Virus record (IMG/VR): IMGVR_UViG_3300007722_000019
Coordinates: 1-54,251 of that record
DNA from: a virus
Taxonomy: Duplodnaviria; Caudoviricetes
DNA length: 54,251 nt
Direction: 5' to 3' (one strand)
Below, in pieces: positions 8,609 through 18,648 of this stretch. The notes below the pieces were generated by a model that did not search any database, was not told the origin of the DNA, and saw only the letters and a program-made list of their open reading frames with translations. The position numbers and the translations under genes are program-made. How positions within the stretch are numbered: position 1 is the stretch's first letter; the number at the start of each line of letters is the position of its first letter.

Positions 8609-8818
8609 ATGACAAGCAGAACTATTGATATCAAGTGTATAGGTTGCAGAAAATATTTATTTTCTATACTTCCAGACAGTAACGCTGAGTTAGATAAGAT
8701 ACATCACTGTAATAAGAAAGCCTGCAAAGAAAAAGCAACTTTCGAAATATTGAAAGGTCCCGAACCATCAATAACCTGGGAAGAGATGATGAGTATACTT
8801 TCGGGCAAAAGAATTTAA
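8609..8818 (+). CDS. small Cys-containing hypothetical protein
   Basis: CIGC...HCNKKAC. Confidence 0.5.
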   Translation: MTSRTIDIKCIGCRKYLFSILPDSNAELDKIHHCNKKACKEKATFEILKGPEPSITWEEMMSILSGKRI

Positions 8819-8819
8819 A

Positions 8820-8883
8820 AGAATGCTTCCAGCGAACCAACACAACTTCAAAACTTTTATCTTTGAAAAGAAACAGCATTCTG
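8820..8883 (+). ncRNA. stem-CAGC family RNA (dispersed copy)
   Basis: AGAATGCT-TCCAGCG...AGCATTCT-G. Confidence 0.55.
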
Positions 8884-9006
8884 ATTTATATAATAGGTTA
8901 TCATGACACAAAATTGAAATCATAACAACTGAATATCATTCCTATGATAGATATAGTGACGAGCATTCACTTATAGTGGAAAGTATAACAGGTGTTACAA
9001 GTTAAT

Positions 9007-9084
9007 GCGGGTGTAGTGCAATAGGTAGGAGACAGCAGATTTAAAATCTGAACAGTGTGGGTTCGAATCCCACCACCCGCACCA
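9007..9084 (+). tRNA. tRNA-Leu(TAA), short variable loop
   Basis: CAGA-TTTAAAA-TCTG, GTGGG-TTCGAAT-CCCAC, CCA. Confidence 0.88.
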
Positions 9085-9089
9085 GTTTT

Positions 9090-9190
9090 GAAATGTTATG
9101 ACTACATACAGGGAGTAGCTAACCAATCCAAGGCCTGTATTCCGAAGGATAAACATAGCAGGGAGGTTTGGTCACCGACCGTAACATTTC
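9090..9190 (+). ncRNA. unassigned structured RNA
   Basis: GAAATGTTATG/CGTAACATTTC closing stem; ATACAGG/CCTGTAT and GGTC/GACC inner stems. Confidence 0.4.
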
Positions 9191-9203
9191 GATTTAGTTT
9201 TAA

Positions 9204-9282
9204 AGAATTCTTCCAGCACATCCTATGGATACAATTGGTTCAACTCCAGTCGGACTCGCAAGAGTACGTTACAAGAATTCTG
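9204..9282 (+). ncRNA. stem-CAGC family RNA containing a T-arm
   Basis: AGAATTCT-TCCAGCA...AGAATTCT-G; ATTGG-TTCAACT-CCAGT; ACTC-GCAA-GAGT. Confidence 0.6.
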
Positions 9283-9326
9283 TTTTGATTTTGATTACCC
9301 GGACTGTTGGTCCGCACAGGAATAAA

Positions 9327-9770
9327 ATGGCAAAGTTAGACTCGTCTGTAGTGTTTGTAGAAGATTGTACCTGCAGCGATGCAACAGTTAAGTCACATTT
9401 TTTGAAATTAGTACCTTATGTCTGTGTAGAGTGTGGGTGTAGTTCCCATAATAATAAACCGATAACATTACAACTTGACCATATAGATGGTAATCACACA
9501 AATTGCAAACGTGAAAATTTACGTCTGTTATGTCCTAGTTGTCATTCACAAACAGAGACATATGCTGGTCGCCAAAATTGGAACAATATAGTGGTAACTG
9601 ATGATGAATTGGAGACAGCTTTACTCAAAAGTGCTAATATCTCAATTGCCCTTAAGAAGGTTAAGTTAGACGTAGGGAGAACAGAATATTTTGGTCGAGC
9701 AACATTCTTAATACAAGAAAGAAAAATTGTAGTCGGCAGTAAACATAACACATATACTAACTTTTTTTAA
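9327..9770 (+). CDS. HNH endonuclease
   Basis: CVECG...LQLDHIDGNHTN...ENLRLLCPSCHSQT. Confidence 0.85.
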   Translation: MAKLDSSVVFVEDCTCSDATVKSHFLKLVPYVCVECGCSSHNNKPITLQLDHIDGNHTNCKRENLRLLCPSCHSQTETYAGRQNWNNIVVTDDELETALLKSANISIALKKVKLDVGRTEYFGRATFLIQERKIVVGSKHNTYTNFF

Positions 9771-9783
9771 AATACATAGTTTT

Positions 9784-9966
9784 GATTACCCGAACAGTCG
9801 CTGGGAGAAATCCTTGAGGAAAGTCGGGCTGTATAGAACAGGACTTGTCGATCTGTGGAAGATGGCGTAGCAATACAGGGGTAATGTCGGGAGCAGACAG
9901 CGAAGCTGTCTGCTAAATCTCGATGCCATCATTTTTACCACAACGACTCCGCAGCAGCACAAACAA
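9784..9966 (+). ncRNA. rnpB: 5' portion of an RNase P RNA-like sequence (truncated)
   Basis: GAACAGTCGC..GAGGAAAGTCGGGC (CR-I-like, 9816-9829); 3' conserved regions not found. Confidence 0.55.
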
Positions 9967-10042
9967 GTTCGAGTCTCGTATCTCGCGCCATTTTTATAAG
10001 GAACTTATATGAAACATTAGTGTAACTTAAATAAGGACAACT

Positions 10043-10291
10043 ATGAAAGTAAGAATAACGATGTCAGGTGACAACATCACACATTTGAATTCGAGAGAAT
10101 GGAAGGATAAATACGTTGACGACATGTTGATGTGGGCTTCAGAGACCGAGACCAGCATGGAGTTCTATACTTGGCATTCTGTTTGGGAAAAACACAAACT
10201 AAAAGAAATGCATGCAGTATGGATCGTCGAGGACGATGACAGGGCAATATTAATGCTCAAATGGAATGCTAAAAAGCATAAAGTAAAATGA
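10043..10291 (+). CDS. hypothetical protein
   Basis: RBS AAGGA; C-terminal AILMLKW motif shared with other small ORFs. Confidence 0.65.
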   Translation: MKVRITMSGDNITHLNSREWKDKYVDDMLMWASETETSMEFYTWHSVWEKHKLKEMHAVWIVEDDDRAILMLKWNAKKHKVK

Positions 10292-10374
10292 AAAAAGTAA
10301 TAGAGATAAGATCAGCCGCCAATTTTATAATCAAAACTTTATGAAGAGGGTAAATGATATAGATAAATACATTT

Positions 10375-11055
10375 ATGATTTACTATGTCTATGCGTATCT
10401 TAGGAATAAAGATTCAATCTCATCACACTCCGGCAGCCCTTACTATATAGGAAAGGGAAAGAATTTAAGAGCGTGTGAATATCACAGAAATGTTCCCTTG
10501 CCGAGTAATAGAAAAAATATTGTGATATTAGAATTTAATCTTACTGAAGTAGGTGCGTTTGCGATTGAACGCAGGATGATTAAATGGTATGGAAGAAAAG
10601 ATTTAGGAACAGGGATATTACTAAATAGAACAGATGGCGGCGATGGCGCAAGTGGGCACATTGGCCAGATTCCGTGGAATAAAGGCAAAAAGGGCTTGCA
10701 AAAAGCCTGGAATAAAGGTATGCCACATACCGCTGAAACAAGAAAGAAGATATCAATTTCCGGTACAGGCAGAAAACAATCGACAGAAACTATTGCGAAA
10801 AGATCCATTTCGATGCTTGGTAAAAATAAGGATAAGGTACGATCTGATGAACTGAAACAACAATGGGCTAATTCTCATAGAGGTAAAAGACATTCGGACG
10901 AACATAAGCAGAATATATCGGCCGCGCTCAAAGGTAGAGACGGCAGGGTTTGGACAGATGAACAAAAACAAAAACAATCTGTAGAAAGAAAGGGGAAATC
11001 TTGGACTCTTGCAAGGAGAGAAGCACAATCTAAAAGAAAGGAACGAGATGAATAA
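10375..11055 (+). CDS. GIY-YIG homing endonuclease with NUMOD3-like repeats
   Basis: YYVYAY...YYIGKG...[29 protein letters not shown] repeats. Confidence 0.85.
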   Translation: MIYYVYAYLRNKDSISSHSGSPYYIGKGKNLRACEYHRNVPLPSNRKNIVILEFNLTEVGAFAIERRMIKWYGRKDLGTGILLNRTDGGDGASGHIGQIPWNKGKKGLQKAWNKGMPHTAETRKKISISGTGRKQSTETIAKRSISMLGKNKDKVRSDELKQQWANSHRGKRHSDEHKQNISAALKGRDGRVWTDEQKQKQSVERKGKSWTLARREAQSKRKERDE

Positions 11056-11725
11056 TCAACGAAAAATTATAGAAATCCGTGCCGCAGAGGGTGGAGACGA
11101 TAGCAAACTATTCGTAGCTGACTTGGCACAAGCATACCGCAAACACGCTGACAGAGTCGGCTGAATTAATCGTATAACAAAATCCTTACCTGGTGAAATC
11201 TTTATAGAGGTTGTTGGCGCGGATCTTGTTCAACTACAAAATGAATCCGGCGGTCACAGGATACAACGTATACCGCCAACAGAGAATAAAGGTAGAGTTC
11301 ACACAAGTACGGTGACAGTAGCTATTACAGATCCGAATATACAGAAAAAAACGTATAAAGATGCTGACTTTAGTGTTAGTTGGTTCAGTGGCACAGGTGC
11401 TGGTGGGCAACACCGCAATAAACACCAAAATTCGTGCAGAATAACACACTTACTGACTGGTTTAGTGTCTACTGCACAGTGCAGATCAAGGCAAAACAGT
11501 CTAGAACAAGCTAAATCGTCTTTAGTGGAAGAGTTAGATGCAAAGTACAACAAACTTGCAAACAACGAGATTGCTATAGACAGAAAGCAACAAGTTGGCT
11601 CCGGAATGCGTGGAGACAAGATAAGAACTTATCGTTTTCAGGATGATGTCGTGAAAGACCACATTACTGGTAAGAATGGAAGTGTTAAACAAGTCCTAAA
11701 GGGACATTTTAACCTATTATGGTAA
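11048..11725 (+). CDS. class I peptide release factor, RF1-type (PxT), lacking domain 1, with in-frame TGA at 11162-11164
   Basis: [50 protein letters not shown]; one TGA at codon 39. Confidence 0.88.
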
Positions 11726-11728
11726 TAT

Positions 11729-11802
11729 TGGGGATTAGTTAAATGGTATAACAGCGGATTTTGATTCCGCTATCATAGGTTCGATTCCTATATCCCCTGC
11801 CA
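11729..11802 (+). tRNA. tRNA-Gln(TTG)
   Basis: GCGGA-TTTTGAT-TCCGC, CCA. Confidence 0.92.
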
Positions 11803-11809
11803 AACAAAC

Positions 11810-11848
11810 AATAGCCTGCTATCGGTAACGGTAGTGGGCTATTCTTTT
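11810..11848 (+). terminator. intrinsic terminator
   Basis: AATAGCCTGCTATCG-GTAA-CGGTAGTGGGCTATT then CTTTT, between convergent units. Confidence 0.65.
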
Positions 11849-11914
11849 GATTGATTTTTGCAGAATACCCGGTGTTAAATTACAATTTAAGTCAGTATCG
11901 CTATCCGTTTAATG

Positions 11915-12580
11915 TTATGCCTGTGCAAGATTAGACACTATGTATTTGTATACAGATATGTCAAATTTAATTACAAAAACTATCATAATGCAATCATCCT
12001 TCATACTAAACAGCGAGTGTGGTAACATACTGTTGAAGTAATACAATCTGCCTTCTTCGAAGCTGCACAATCTGTCGTCTATGATAAACTTTAAAGACGA
12101 AGATGAACAGTTCTTGACAAATGCTATAAACCTTATTACGGGTTGGAATGCTGGGTCATCCTCATCAACGTCATACGAATCTCTATGTTCGGGAAAAAAT
12201 CCACCTGCATCTAATTTAAGGAAATGACTTCTGCCAACCGACGCCTTAAATGGTAGAGTCATTTCCTGTAATATGCTGCTATTGTGATAGACAGGTGTAA
12301 GAACGTTGCATTCTTCTGTCTTATAAGACGAATTATTCTCCCGGTTATACTCGAGTAATGAGTCTAGGTCCGGGATGCCCGATAATCCACCATCGTATGA
12401 TGTAATACTCAGGCCCTCCCTTCTTATTTGTTTTCTTGGATTGTACTGCTTCCAATCATCCGAGAAAGGTGCTATTTCTTTTAGAAGTTCAGAAGTGTTA
12501 AACTGAGTTCGCAATTTTATTACTGAACCCAGTAAATTTAATTTCATTAACCAGAATTGATTATTAATGCTATCAGTCAT
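11915..12580 (-). CDS. 2OG-Fe(II)/aspartyl beta-hydroxylase-like oxygenase
   Basis: GGFFPEHRD...YYFNSMLPHS (HxD...H). Confidence 0.7.
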   Translation of the reverse strand: MTDSINNQFWLMKLNLLGSVIKLRTQFNTSELLKEIAPFSDDWKQYNPRKQIRREGLSITSYDGGLSGIPDLDSLLEYNRENNSSYKTEECNVLTPVYHNSSILQEMTLPFKASVGRSHFLKLDAGGFFPEHRDSYDVDEDDPAFQPVIRFIAFVKNCSSSSLKFIIDDRLCSFEEGRLYYFNSMLPHSLFSMKDDCIMIVFVIKFDISVYKYIVSNLAQA

Positions 12581-12584
12581 TTAA

Positions 12585-13598
12585 TTATTTCTTGGTTCTT
12601 GCCCCGTACCTTTTTTCCCATTCCTTAAGAATAGCTACTCTGTTATTAGCAATTGATTCTAAATTAGAATCAACCATGAATTTTGCAATATTTTTTCCAT
12701 GTGGGTGATGTTTAGAATTTGAATCTACATCGGCCCTACCTAATATAGCATAGTCCTTACCGTAAATCTTCATAGCATTTTTAGAATATATCCAATTATA
12801 CAAAGTTTTCGCTGCTTCTACATTTTTAGTGCCTGCCATAATTGCAGCACCTTCTAGATCCCAGAAAACACCTTCGGATGGGACAATAAATTCAATTGGG
12901 GCACCATCAGCAATGAGCCTACCTGCTCTAATATCAACACTCCATCCCATTAGATATTCGCCATTTGCTGCTTGAGTACATGGAGTAGATCCACTAGGCA
13001 AATATTTTACAATATTATTATCTAATGCATCGAGATATTCCCAACCCTTTTGTTCGCCATACAAATCTAGTATACTTGCAACAATCATAAATCCTGTACC
13101 CGAGATAGTTGGTTCAGGCATTTGAATTCTGCCTTTAAACTCGGGTTTGAGTAAATCTTTAATAGATGTAGGCTTTCGTAGACCTAATTTATCACCTTCA
13201 ATTGTGTTATAGCAGAGTGCTGCAAGAAATGCATCATATGCAAACCAAGTATTTGTCTTACTTCTAAATTTTGCACCAAGATTTGCAGCCTCTGGAGGCA
13301 CATACTTCATCAGAAGCCCCTCTTTGTCTAATTGGATTAAGTTCGATGCACCCAATCCATATACAACATCTGCTCGCGGGTTTGACTTTTCTGCCAATAC
13401 ACGGGCTGTTATAGTTCCAATTGGTGCTCTAACCCAGTCGATAATAACACTAGGATTTTCTGCCTCGAATGCGGATTTAATCGTAGACAATTGATCCGGT
13501 TCTAATGAAGCATAAACCAGTAATTTCGTAGGTGCTTGTGCATATGCAACAGATATACTAACCACTAGGGCTGCAATACCCGATAATAACTTTTTCAT
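12585..13598 (-). CDS. periplasmic ABC solute-binding protein (Fe3+/2-aminoethylphosphonate family)
   Basis: signal peptide; AEKSNPRADVVYG, DLLKPEFKGRIQMPEP.ISGTG, SGSTPC. Confidence 0.8.
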   Translation of the reverse strand: MKKLLSGIAALVVSISVAYAQAPTKLLVYASLEPDQLSTIKSAFEAENPSVIIDWVRAPIGTITARVLAEKSNPRADVVYGLGASNLIQLDKEGLLMKYVPPEAANLGAKFRSKTNTWFAYDAFLAALCYNTIEGDKLGLRKPTSIKDLLKPEFKGRIQMPEPTISGTGFMIVASILDLYGEQKGWEYLDALDNNIVKYLPSGSTPCTQAANGEYLMGWSVDIRAGRLIADGAPIEFIVPSEGVFWDLEGAAIMAGTKNVEAAKTLYNWIYSKNAMKIYGKDYAILGRADVDSNSKHHPHGKNIAKFMVDSNLESIANNRVAILKEWEKRYGARTKK

Positions 13599-13661
13599 AT
13601 TTTTCCTTTATTAAAATAATTTAGTACGTACACAATGTTTATTTATAATATTTGATATTGT

Positions 13662-15032
13662 TTATTTATAATATTTAATATTGTTTCTTATAAATGCGTT
13701 GGCGCTTAAAACAGATTTAATCTGATCATCCAGCGAATCACCGCATGTATGAATTTTTACTTCCCATTTTTTAGAATTTAGTGACTGAATTTCTGGAATA
13801 GATACACCTGTTCTAAGCTTGTCTTTACCCGATATTATTAATTTGGGTGTATCTGCTGGTATAATACAGTGCTCGATTATTCCGGTGTCTAATAATAACG
13901 AATTAACACACCCCAACGGACCTATATGATTAAAAGTTTCCATAGATTTATGTAATATAGCATTCCAGTATCTTAAATAGAATTCGGGTTGAGAAAATTT
14001 ATGATTCACAGTCCATTGCCCGCCAACTCGAGGGTTAAGGTCGGTTAAATAGAACTCACCGTCTATAGTTTCGTGTATTGCTAGTGTAAACGACATATTA
14101 TTAATTGAATATGTCCTCTTCATGTAGTCAACACATTTTTTAAAAAATGGATATATATGGTCCGGTACAGCACTTAAATGATAATAACCTATTTCTTCAG
14201 AAGTTATTGTAGACCCATTTGTTATTCTTAACCTCGGATCTTGCAACGGATCTATTTTCCTATTATTTTCAAATTCGTCTTTTTGTGCCCAACAAAATAA
14301 TTGACCTATTGTGTTGTAATGCCATTTGCCATTTAGAACCGAATATTGAAATGTGTAACTTTTATTGGTATAATAGCACTCTTGAATTAGTGCCTTCGGC
14401 TTTTCGGGATAATAATAACTTGTATCTATGCCGGTTTTACAATATTTTATAAATTCATCTGTTAAATTATGTTTGCGTAGCGTATCAATGAGTGCCTGTG
14501 CATTTTTAATACCCTTGTATTCGAAAATCTGGTCATCGGGTATACTAGATTCAAATACTCCACGCATGCCACAACCAATTTCCGGTTTTATGAACAGTGA
14601 TTTTTGTGTACGGTTAGGTAAATCATTAAGGGATGAGTGACCATCTATATATATTGTTCTAGGTACATGATCGGACAATCCGTTTGTAATTGCATGCTGT
14701 ATGTGTGAGAATTTATTAAGAAATAATTCCGCCGTCTCTAAGGTGCATGGCGTCTCTATTTTTAGAATGTTGCAAATTTTTACCACGTTAACAAATAAAT
14801 GGTCAGAGGGTGTTGTTAGGAAGTCAATATTAAATTTAGATAATAGTTCTGCTATACCTCTGATATCGTTTAGGTCTACGTAAAAGATCTCATCTTCGTT
14901 TATGTAAACTGGCATTTTTGCTCCAGGGTTTACTAAAAGTAATATTTTAACATTTAGTTGTCGCAATGCTTCGACATCTGGTATAATTCGTTTTAGTGAT
15001 TTACTATGAGAGAGAAATGCTACTGTTTTCAT
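13662..15032 (-). CDS. ATP-grasp domain protein
   Basis: NKF, FIKPEIGCGMRGV, LIQE, DLNPRVGG. Confidence 0.7.
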   Translation of the reverse strand: MKTVAFLSHSKSLKRIIPDVEALRQLNVKILLLVNPGAKMPVYINEDEIFYVDLNDIRGIAELLSKFNIDFLTTPSDHLFVNVVKICNILKIETPCTLETAELFLNKFSHIQHAITNGLSDHVPRTIYIDGHSSLNDLPNRTQKSLFIKPEIGCGMRGVFESSIPDDQIFEYKGIKNAQALIDTLRKHNLTDEFIKYCKTGIDTSYYYPEKPKALIQECYYTNKSYTFQYSVLNGKWHYNTIGQLFCWAQKDEFENNRKIDPLQDPRLRITNGSTITSEEIGYYHLSAVPDHIYPFFKKCVDYMKRTYSINNMSFTLAIHETIDGEFYLTDLNPRVGGQWTVNHKFSQPEFYLRYWNAILHKSMETFNHIGPLGCVNSLLLDTGIIEHCIIPADTPKLIISGKDKLRTGVSIPEIQSLNSKKWEVKIHTCGDSLDDQIKSVLSANAFIRNNIKYYK

Positions 15033-15044
15033 GAATATGATATT

Positions 15045-15992
15045 TTAAATGACTGGATCATTTGGATTTTTTAGTTTTTTTACAATAATTTCAGGTGCGC
15101 ACACACATGTCGTCTTCTTACATACAATTGGTTCTGTTGGTAGAGTAATAACTTTATCATATATGCTGTTAATTATGCCACCTTCTTGGCAACTACCTCG
15201 GTATAACATATCGTCGTTCCATATTGTTAATGTATAGATACCTGCCCAACAAGTCCATCCCTTAAATCTATTTTTCAGAGAGCTAGATATTTCGTTTACA
15301 TGCACTTCTGTAGATTTCACTTCATTATTATTCTTGTAAAATACAATTGCATTATTGCCAGATGATTCAGATTTCTGTTCTGAAAAAAACCAATCAAGCT
15401 GTTCTTTAGTATATAAGTGTGCAGAAGAGGGCGAAGATATTTCTCTTATACGGCGTAGGGTGTATTTTATGTTGTGCTCTTTATAGAAATTAATACTTTT
15501 TTTAGCTTCCTCAAAATGGTTAGCATTAAACATAACCTGCACAGATGTTTTTGGATTAATTTCGGAGATTTTCTTAATTTTATGTATAAAAACATCTGTA
15601 TTGCTAAATTCAAAGTGTTGAGAAAACATTATAGAATCGATGTATGTCAATAAGTTTTTGTAATACTTAATTGTTCTCGTTCCGTTACTTGTGATCGACA
15701 CAAATGCTATTTTTATGCTGTTTAGATATTTGCAAAAATCTACAAGTGCAGGATTTACAGTCGGTTCACCACCAGTAAAACCTATTCGTATTAGTCCGGG
15801 ATCTATAGTTTTAGCAATATTATCGATAACTGATCGAAGTTCTGCCAACGATTTATGTTTGCTAAAGTTGTCGTGTAGGAAATCCCCGCAATAACTGCAA
15901 TCGTAATTGCATCGCTTTCCTAGAAACCAATCGATCCTAACTGTATGCGAGTCGTCTATCCTATTAATTGCAATTGGGTCAATGTCTTTCAT
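15045..15992 (-). CDS. radical SAM protein
   Basis: CNYDCSYC, FTGGEPT, C-terminal Cys cluster. Confidence 0.88.
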   Translation of the reverse strand: MKDIDPIAINRIDDSHTVRIDWFLGKRCNYDCSYCGDFLHDNFSKHKSLAELRSVIDNIAKTIDPGLIRIGFTGGEPTVNPALVDFCKYLNSIKIAFVSITSNGTRTIKYYKNLLTYIDSIMFSQHFEFSNTDVFIHKIKKISEINPKTSVQVMFNANHFEEAKKSINFYKEHNIKYTLRRIREISSPSSAHLYTKEQLDWFFSEQKSESSGNNAIVFYKNNNEVKSTEVHVNEISSSLKNRFKGWTCWAGIYTLTIWNDDMLYRGSCQEGGIINSIYDKVITLPTEPIVCKKTTCVCAPEIIVKKLKNPNDPVI

Positions 15993-16045
15993 TCTATATT
16001 TATCGATCTATTATTTTCCAAGGATAAATATGGTAAAGGTTAACT

Positions 16046-16792
16046 ATGCTTAGAGATTATCAATCAACTATACTTGGTAAGTTTTATAAGATAAATGATG
16101 TAACAGATCAGAAAATATTAGAAGTCGGTGGCCACAAAATTATGTCTGTCCCGTACGATTTAATATCACACGGTGCAAAAGAAGTAGTCTCTATTTCCAT
16201 TGACAGGGCTTTTAGCAGAATGGTTGTAAGTGATAATATAACAACCAAATATATGAATGCAGGTTCCACAGATTTTTTAGATAATTCGTTTGATTCAATT
16301 ATTTCTATTGCTACCATAGAACATATTCTGGATTTGCCGAGTGTGCTTAAAGAATTACATCGTGTGGTAAAACCGGGCGGCATTGTCTATATGCAAGGGG
16401 GTCCGCTTTGGTCAGGCAGTTGCGGTGCCCATTACAATTTCTGGATAGGGGACGTTGAATATCATTTTGTTAGAAACCGAATATTACACGACTGGGAACA
16501 TCTGTATGCTGGGCCAGAGGGCATAATTAAAAGATTAACTACGTTATATCCTATAGAGGCAATTGATAAATTACTAGATATGACTTACAACGCAGACTTT
16601 ATAAACAGAAGTTTACACACTGATATAATACAGAATATTAATGATTCCGACTTCTTAGTACAGTCGATGGGTTTACATAATTGGCACCCCAATATCCCAG
16701 ATGACTTATTGCCAAATATACGAAAACGGATTCCACATTTTGTTGATGTATGTGACGAAATTTGTGTTTGCCTTAGAAAACAATTATCATAA
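16046..16792 (+). CDS. class I SAM-dependent methyltransferase
   Basis: ILEVGG, DNSFD, EH, LHRVVKPGG. Confidence 0.85.
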   Translation: MLRDYQSTILGKFYKINDVTDQKILEVGGHKIMSVPYDLISHGAKEVVSISIDRAFSRMVVSDNITTKYMNAGSTDFLDNSFDSIISIATIEHILDLPSVLKELHRVVKPGGIVYMQGGPLWSGSCGAHYNFWIGDVEYHFVRNRILHDWEHLYAGPEGIIKRLTTLYPIEAIDKLLDMTYNADFINRSLHTDIIQNINDSDFLVQSMGLHNWHPNIPDDLLPNIRKRIPHFVDVCDEICVCLRKQLS

Positions 16793-16807
16793 TTTTACTA
16801 CGACATA

Positions 16808-17662
16808 ATGACAATAAACATAGTATGTACTAGTAAACCTGTCGACGGATTACTCTATTATAGTTACGAATATAATTCATATTTAAATTCGTGCGGAATA
16901 CCTAGTAGACTAATAATTATTCCTCACAGGGGATTTAAGAAAAATGATTACCTATCAGCAATAAATAATAAATATATACATTGTAAAGATGTAATCATTG
17001 ATAGCTTTACTCCGTTAGAAAATGATGTTACACTAGTCATGGGTCGAAGCATGATTACAATATCTTGGCTAAACTTCAATGATTATTCACCTAGTGAACA
17101 AGAGACGTTGGTATCGTTATTTAAATGTAAACTTATTTCAGTTTATTCGGAAAATCATCCTCGTGATTATCCTTTAGCATTAGATTTCTATTCGCCGAAC
17201 TTTGTAGCAGACTTGTGTGATACCGAAGTATATCCCAGTGGGATCGGAACGCACTTTGAAAAGACTATCAATTTTGCAATACATAAGGAATGCAAAATTG
17301 ATAAACAGGTCGAATATTTATTCCTTGGTACAAATGATAAATATTATGATGCTGCTGTAAGTGTAATTAATAATTTTCCGAATTATGGAATTTTGGTATA
17401 CGATGCACCATACATAAATAAAGAACTTAACAATATGTTTGCACCAGTTGATAATTTATTGGGGATCTTTGATACCTACGTATACACTAAGAAGACATTC
17501 GACCCTGCTCCCAGACTATTTCAGGAATGTAAGTATCATAAAAAAAATATTATATATTTACGTGATAAGAATATCATAGATGGTGGTAGCGTATACTGGA
17601 AAAGGTCGTTGAAAGATTTAAATATTAAACCTATTATGGAGGCATATGACAAGTTACATTAA
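16808..17662 (+). CDS. hypothetical protein
   Basis: 284-aa ORF within operon. Confidence 0.7.
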   Translation: MTINIVCTSKPVDGLLYYSYEYNSYLNSCGIPSRLIIIPHRGFKKNDYLSAINNKYIHCKDVIIDSFTPLENDVTLVMGRSMITISWLNFNDYSPSEQETLVSLFKCKLISVYSENHPRDYPLALDFYSPNFVADLCDTEVYPSGIGTHFEKTINFAIHKECKIDKQVEYLFLGTNDKYYDAAVSVINNFPNYGILVYDAPYINKELNNMFAPVDNLLGIFDTYVYTKKTFDPAPRLFQECKYHKKNIIYLRDKNIIDGGSVYWKRSLKDLNIKPIMEAYDKLH

Positions 17663-17966
17663 ACCCGGCTGTTTATCGTTCTATTATGATGAAGCTGGTA
17701 ATCGTGGAACAAAAATAGTCACACAGGTCATAGCATATACTGCTGACGGGTATCTGTTGCCGTGTTGTTGGTGCGATTCGGTGTATTCTAAATCAGATAT
17801 AACTAAGTTAGGTATGCATGATGAATCGCTGAAGGTAAAAAATAATGAGTCAATCGATAGTATACTAACATCTAGCATATGGCAAAAATTTATAAAAATA
17901 ATATCGACTGACCCAATTAATTCCCCTAATTGTTGTCATGACCGTTGCGGAGTTAAGGGTGGATAA
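17646..17966 (+). CDS. SPASM/twitch-like Fe-S domain protein
   Basis: ADGYLLPCCWC...CCHDRC. Confidence 0.6.
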   Translation: MTSYIKPGCLSFYYDEAGNRGTKIVTQVIAYTADGYLLPCCWCDSVYSKSDITKLGMHDESLKVKNNESIDSILTSSIWQKFIKIISTDPINSPNCCHDRCGVKGG

Positions 17967-18648
17967 CGACTATTTAGAGTATATAGGTATTTCAAAACGA
18001 TATATAATACCTAATGTAGAAACTTCGGTTAAGTGTATATTACGCTGCCCGCAGTGTACTCGGCAGGGACTCCTGTCACCGAAGACTTCGGAGAAGTATA
18101 AAACAACAAAATCTAGAATATTAAACGGGGATGATTTGTCAATTAAGGATGCTAAAAAATTATTAGAATTTTTTAATACAGGTGTGGCATTGTGCGGTTC
18201 GTTATCAGATCCTGTGTATTGGCCGAATTTTTTAGAATTTCTTGATTTGGCGAAGTCTTTTCCCGATAGTGCCATTTATATTCATACTGCCGCCAGTCAA
18301 AAAAATATAGAATGGTATAGGGACGCATTTAGTAAATCAACTAAGAATACACACTGGATTTTTGGTTTAGACGGAATGCACGACACTTCAGCTATATACA
18401 GGATTGGCCAAAACAGCAAATTAATGTTTGATGCAATGACTTTGTGTAAGTCAATGGGATTACATACTGAATGGCATTACATCGTGTTTAAACATAATCT
18501 CCATCAGCTGGACACGGCAAAGGAGTTTGCTGCATTACACAATATTAAATTGATATTTATTAAAAGTGACAGAACTGGCGGCAACATAGAAGTCCCAATT
18601 GAATGGAAACCCGGCCGTAATAAGGAATTCGTGCATAATGAAAATTAG
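17938..18648 (+). CDS. radical SAM protein
   Basis: CILRCPQC, LCGSLSDP, FGLDG, YIVFKHN; start may be the later GTG. Confidence 0.8.
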   Translation: MTVAELRVDNDYLEYIGISKRYIIPNVETSVKCILRCPQCTRQGLLSPKTSEKYKTTKSRILNGDDLSIKDAKKLLEFFNTGVALCGSLSDPVYWPNFLEFLDLAKSFPDSAIYIHTAASQKNIEWYRDAFSKSTKNTHWIFGLDGMHDTSAIYRIGQNSKLMFDAMTLCKSMGLHTEWHYIVFKHNLHQLDTAKEFAALHNIKLIFIKSDRTGGNIEVPIEWKPGRNKEFVHNEN

